A stretch of DNA of 23,437 nt from Octopus sinensis (lineage: Eukaryota): the NCBI RefSeq assembly GCF_006345805.1, contig NW_021836886.1:1-23437 (forward strand), in the 5' to 3' direction. The stretch's first letter is position 1; the number at the start of each line of letters is the position of its first letter. Shown piece by piece: positions 19,958 through 23,437 of this stretch. The notes under the pieces are model-generated. The model ran no database searches. It saw only the letters and a list, made by a program, of their open reading frames with translations, and was not told where the DNA came from. The position numbers and the translations under genes are program-made.

Positions 19958-20374
19958 ACTAACCATGTTGTATTAAGTTCAGTCCCACTGTATGACAACT
20001 TGGGCAAGTGTCTGCTACTATAACCCCGCCTGATGTCAACCACAGCCTTGAGTAGATTATGTAGTTGGAAACTGAAAGAAGCCCATTGTGTGTGTGTGTG
20101 CGTGTGTGAGAGGGGGGGGAGTGTGTGTTCTGCTTCTATTGACTTCTTTTTCATACAAGTGGGATCGTTTGCTGCTAATCAGTGAAAATCTGTCCATTGG
20201 GGAAATATTACCTTGCTTGGAAACGGGCATTTGTCAGCAACAAGAAGGGCATCTGTCCACAGAGAAACCAACCTTAAATACCATTTGATCCATGCAACCC
20301 CCTCCCCTAACAAAACCAAAAAAAAACAAAACAAAGAAACAAACAAACAAGGAAGGCAAGTTACATCATGCAGT

Positions 20375-21190
20375 CCTGGATAATATGTCTGGATGGTCAT
20401 AGCTGGGACACAGCTTGGTCAAGGCTGTCCTCGGGAGAAATGGCAACAACAGTAATACAAAAGAACACACTAGATAATGTAGTCCTAGATACACGATGAA
20501 TAAAATGTAGGATGGCTACAACTGCAACAGCTTCAAAAATAGGTCTGCTGAATCAGGGCTGACTTGGAATTAAACAAGGATACATCGGATAATGTAGTCC
20601 TTGATATACGGTGCCTGAATAAATGACAGAATGGCCACTTGGAATATCTTTGATCATAGCTCTCTGCTGGATTGGGGTTGAACTAGGGCTAAACAACTGT
20701 GGCAAGGAACAGCACATCAGATAATGTAGTCCTAGATAAACCATTGGAATATAAGACAGGATGGCCATTGCCAGCCTCGTCTGGCCCCCTGCCGGTGGCA
20801 CGTAAAAAGCACCATCTGATCGTGGCCGTTTGCCAGCCTTGTCTGCCACATAAAAAGCACCCACTACACTCTCGGAGTGGTTGGCATTAGGAAGGACATC
20901 CAGCTGTAGAAACATTGCCAGATCAGACCGGAGCCTGGCACAGCCTCCTGGCTTCCCAGACCCCAGTTGAACCGTCCAACCCATGCTAGCATGGAAAACG
21001 GACAATGATGAAGATGATGATGGTCATAAAATGGAACATCTTTGATCAGACTTGCTGAATCAGGGCTTCCGGTTAAACAACAACAACAACAAAGGATACA
21101 TTCAATAACGTAGTCCTAGATACACTATGCTTGAAAACCTCTTGATAAGTTCTGCTGGATATGTTGTGGACCTGCGGCTAAATAACAGAC
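20375..21190 (+). repeat. Family-D tandem array (about 6 diverged units) interrupted by an RTE-type tail insertion
   Basis: (g)ataa(t/c)gtagtcct(a/t)gata recurs at ~20473, 20588, 20720 and 21105. Confidence 0.8.
20769..21018 (+). mobile_element. RTE-type 3' UTR fragment with (GAT)n tail
   Basis: Homologous to 9974-10132 and 10165-10345. Flanked by GATGG(C/T)CAT at 20760-20768 and 21019-21027. Confidence 0.8.
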
Positions 21191-21340
21191 AGAAATAGAG
21201 CAGGGAGGAAAATTTAGCCACCAGACAATAAATGCCACTTCACAGAGTTGATTGACTTATTAAGAATAGCAGCCAAATCCTTCCTAAATCAAACACCAGC
21301 TTATTTGGACAGTAGAGAGGGTAACATAAAGACTAACAAT

Positions 21341-21568
21341 AGCCGAGCTGGCAGAAACGTTAGCACGCTGGGCGAAATGCGTAGCCGTATTTTGTCTGCG
21401 TTACGTTCTGATTTCAAATTCTGCCAAGGTTGACCTTGCCTCTCATCCTTTCAGGGTCGATAAATTAAGTACCAGTTACGCACTGGGGCCGAAGTAATCG
21501 ACTTAATCCGTTCAACTGTCCTTGTTTGTCCCCTCTGTGTTTAGCCCCTTGTGGGCCGTAAAGAAATA
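21341..21568 (+). mobile_element. Family-B SINE monomer
   Basis: Head cgagctggcagaaacgttagcacg plus one body ending aaagaaata. Confidence 0.9.
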
Positions 21569-21753
21569 TATAACTAACGACTGTAAGTCAATGTGTAGCA
21601 TGAGACTCAACTGCCGAGTGCAGAAGAAAAGTCCACGTAAAACAATGCATCACATACAATTAACCACATGCAATGTGGTCACTGAGTGACACAAAAAAAC
21701 AGACTGGACAATGGGGGGAACCACAACATATCCAGACTACAAAACCATCACAT

Positions 21754-21957
21754 ACTCTTTTTACTCTTTTACTTGTTTCAGTCATTTGACTGCGGCCATG
21801 CTGGAGCACCGCCTTAAGTCGAGCAAATCGACCCCGGGACTTATTCTTTGTAAGCCCAGTACTTATTCTATCGGTCTCTTTTTGCCGAACCGCTAAGTGA
21901 CGGGGTCGCAATCACACCAGCATCGGTTGTCAAGCAATGCTAGGGGGACAAACACAG

Positions 21958-21992
<35 letters not shown>

Positions 21993-22154
21993 CGACAGGC
22001 TTCTTTCAGTTTCCGTCTACCAAATCCACTCACAAGGCATTGGTCGGCCCGGGGCTATAGCAGAAGACACTTGCCCAAGATGCCATGCAGTGGGACTGAA
22101 CCCGGAACCATGTGGTTGGTTAGCAAGCTACTTACCACACAGCCACTCCTGCGC
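21754..22154 (-). mobile_element. Family-A SINE, full length
   Basis: Reverse complement of the 18811-19221-type sequence. Confidence 0.92.
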
Positions 22155-22377
22155 TGCAGCTATTCACTGCATGCTACACTGTCCAGCAGTCCTCGGCTGA
22201 TAGACTGACATCAGAGTGTACATGTCCCGACTGCAACACTGCCACCACATGTGGTTAACCCCAGTGAGTGCCAATGAGAAGTGTGGTCTTCAACTAACGA
22301 ACAGAAACAGGCAGGACAGAGTGCTGTATGCATGTTGCACTCTCTCCACATGTCCAAACTACAATGCTGCACATTGG

Positions 22378-22463
22378 TACTGGATGGCCCTTCACATGGA
22401 GGAAAAGAGCAGGGCCCAAGTGAATTTGGTCAACTGAAATCATGTGGAAACCCATCACGTATG

Positions 22464-22504
<41 letters not shown>

Positions 22505-22841
22505 CAAGAAGTTGAGGTTATAAGAGATAATGGTGTTATTGAGACCCAAAGGTGTCAGTAATGCTGAATAAGGGCTATAGACAGACCATAGTTTACGCAT
22601 AAAATTCATATGCATGTATATATATACTCTTTACTCTCTTTTACTCCTTTACTTGTTTCAGTCATTTGACTGCGGCCATGCTGGAGCACCGCCTTTTAGT
22701 CGAGCAACTCGACCCCGGGACTTATTCTTTTTGTAAGCCCAGTACTTATTCTATTGGGCTCTTTTTGCCAAACCGCTAAGTGACGGGGACGTAAACACAC
22801 CAGCATCGGTTGTCAAGCAATGCTAGGGGGAAAAAACACAG

Positions 22842-22895
<54 letters not shown>

Positions 22896-23324
22896 GACAG
22901 GCTTCTTTCAGTTTCCGTCTACCAAATCCACTCACAAGGCATTGGTCGGCCCGGGGCTATAGTAGAAGACACTTGCCCAAGATGCCACGCAGTGGGACTG
23001 AACCCGGAACCATGTGGTTGGTTAGCAATCTACTTACCACACAGCCACTCCTGCGCCTATATATATATATATATATATATATATTTTATTTATTTAAAGA
23101 TATTGTTAATAATTTACAATAATATCAGTGGCTAGCATGTGTAAAGGAACAATAAAGGCAAAATTATTAATTAATAACGAAGGGTGCTACTTAGAGCACC
23201 AGCTTGCTAAAAATAGCAGTGAAAACTCAAAACCACAGTTTTACTAGATGGCCCTTCACATGGAGGAAAAGAGCAGGGCCCAAGTGAATTGGTCAACTGA
23301 AATCATGTGGAAACCCATCACGTA

Positions 23325-23365
<41 letters not shown>

Positions 23366-23437
23366 CAAGAAGTTGAGGTTATAAGAGATAATGGTGTTAT
23401 TGAGACCAAAGGTGTCAGTAATGCTGAATAAGGGCTA
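22378..23437 (+). repeat. Direct duplication, offset ~864 bp; the second copy runs off the window
   Basis: 22378-~22577 is repeated at 23242-23437 (GATGGCCCTTCACATGGAGG..GAATAAGGGCTA). Confidence 0.9.
22626..23057 (-). mobile_element. Family-A SINE, full length, in a (TA)n context
   Basis: Same structure as the other A copies, with TA tracts on both sides. Confidence 0.92.

Noticed and set aside
21575-22460. Unique-looking flanks of the A copy as exons or a LINE 5' region
   Set aside because: I could not support any protein motif or splice structure by eye.

Overview
This is AT-rich eukaryotic intergenic DNA with no recognisable cellular protein-coding exon. The repeat families look like those of octopus or another coleoid cephalopod; this is my recognition and has not been verified by a search. 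The first ~400 bp resemble a TATA/Inr core promoter and 5' leader of a gene running leftwards out of the window. About 3 kb of TA/CA low-complexity DNA follows, then a dense mosaic of repeats: at least six SINE-like families (my labels A, B, D, E, F, H), 3' fragments of RTE and CR1 LINEs nested in other elements, a non-autonomous Helitron, TTAA-flanked piggyBac-like MITEs and recent tandem duplications. Five observations stand out: (1) two minimal type I hammerhead ribozyme motifs of the Penelope-like-element kind; (2) a SINE family inserted as one head plus several head-to-tail bodies through one fixed AG|GT junction, a junction that even monomer copies retain, pointing to a multimeric or circular RNA template; (3) a perfect 85-bp inverted copy of a locus-specific SINE/SINE junction pasted 3.3 kb away at a deletion scar; (4) several local fold-back inversions; (5) a LINE C-terminal relic with three C2H2-like fingers. 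Almost all listed ORFs are artefacts of microsatellites and SINEs.
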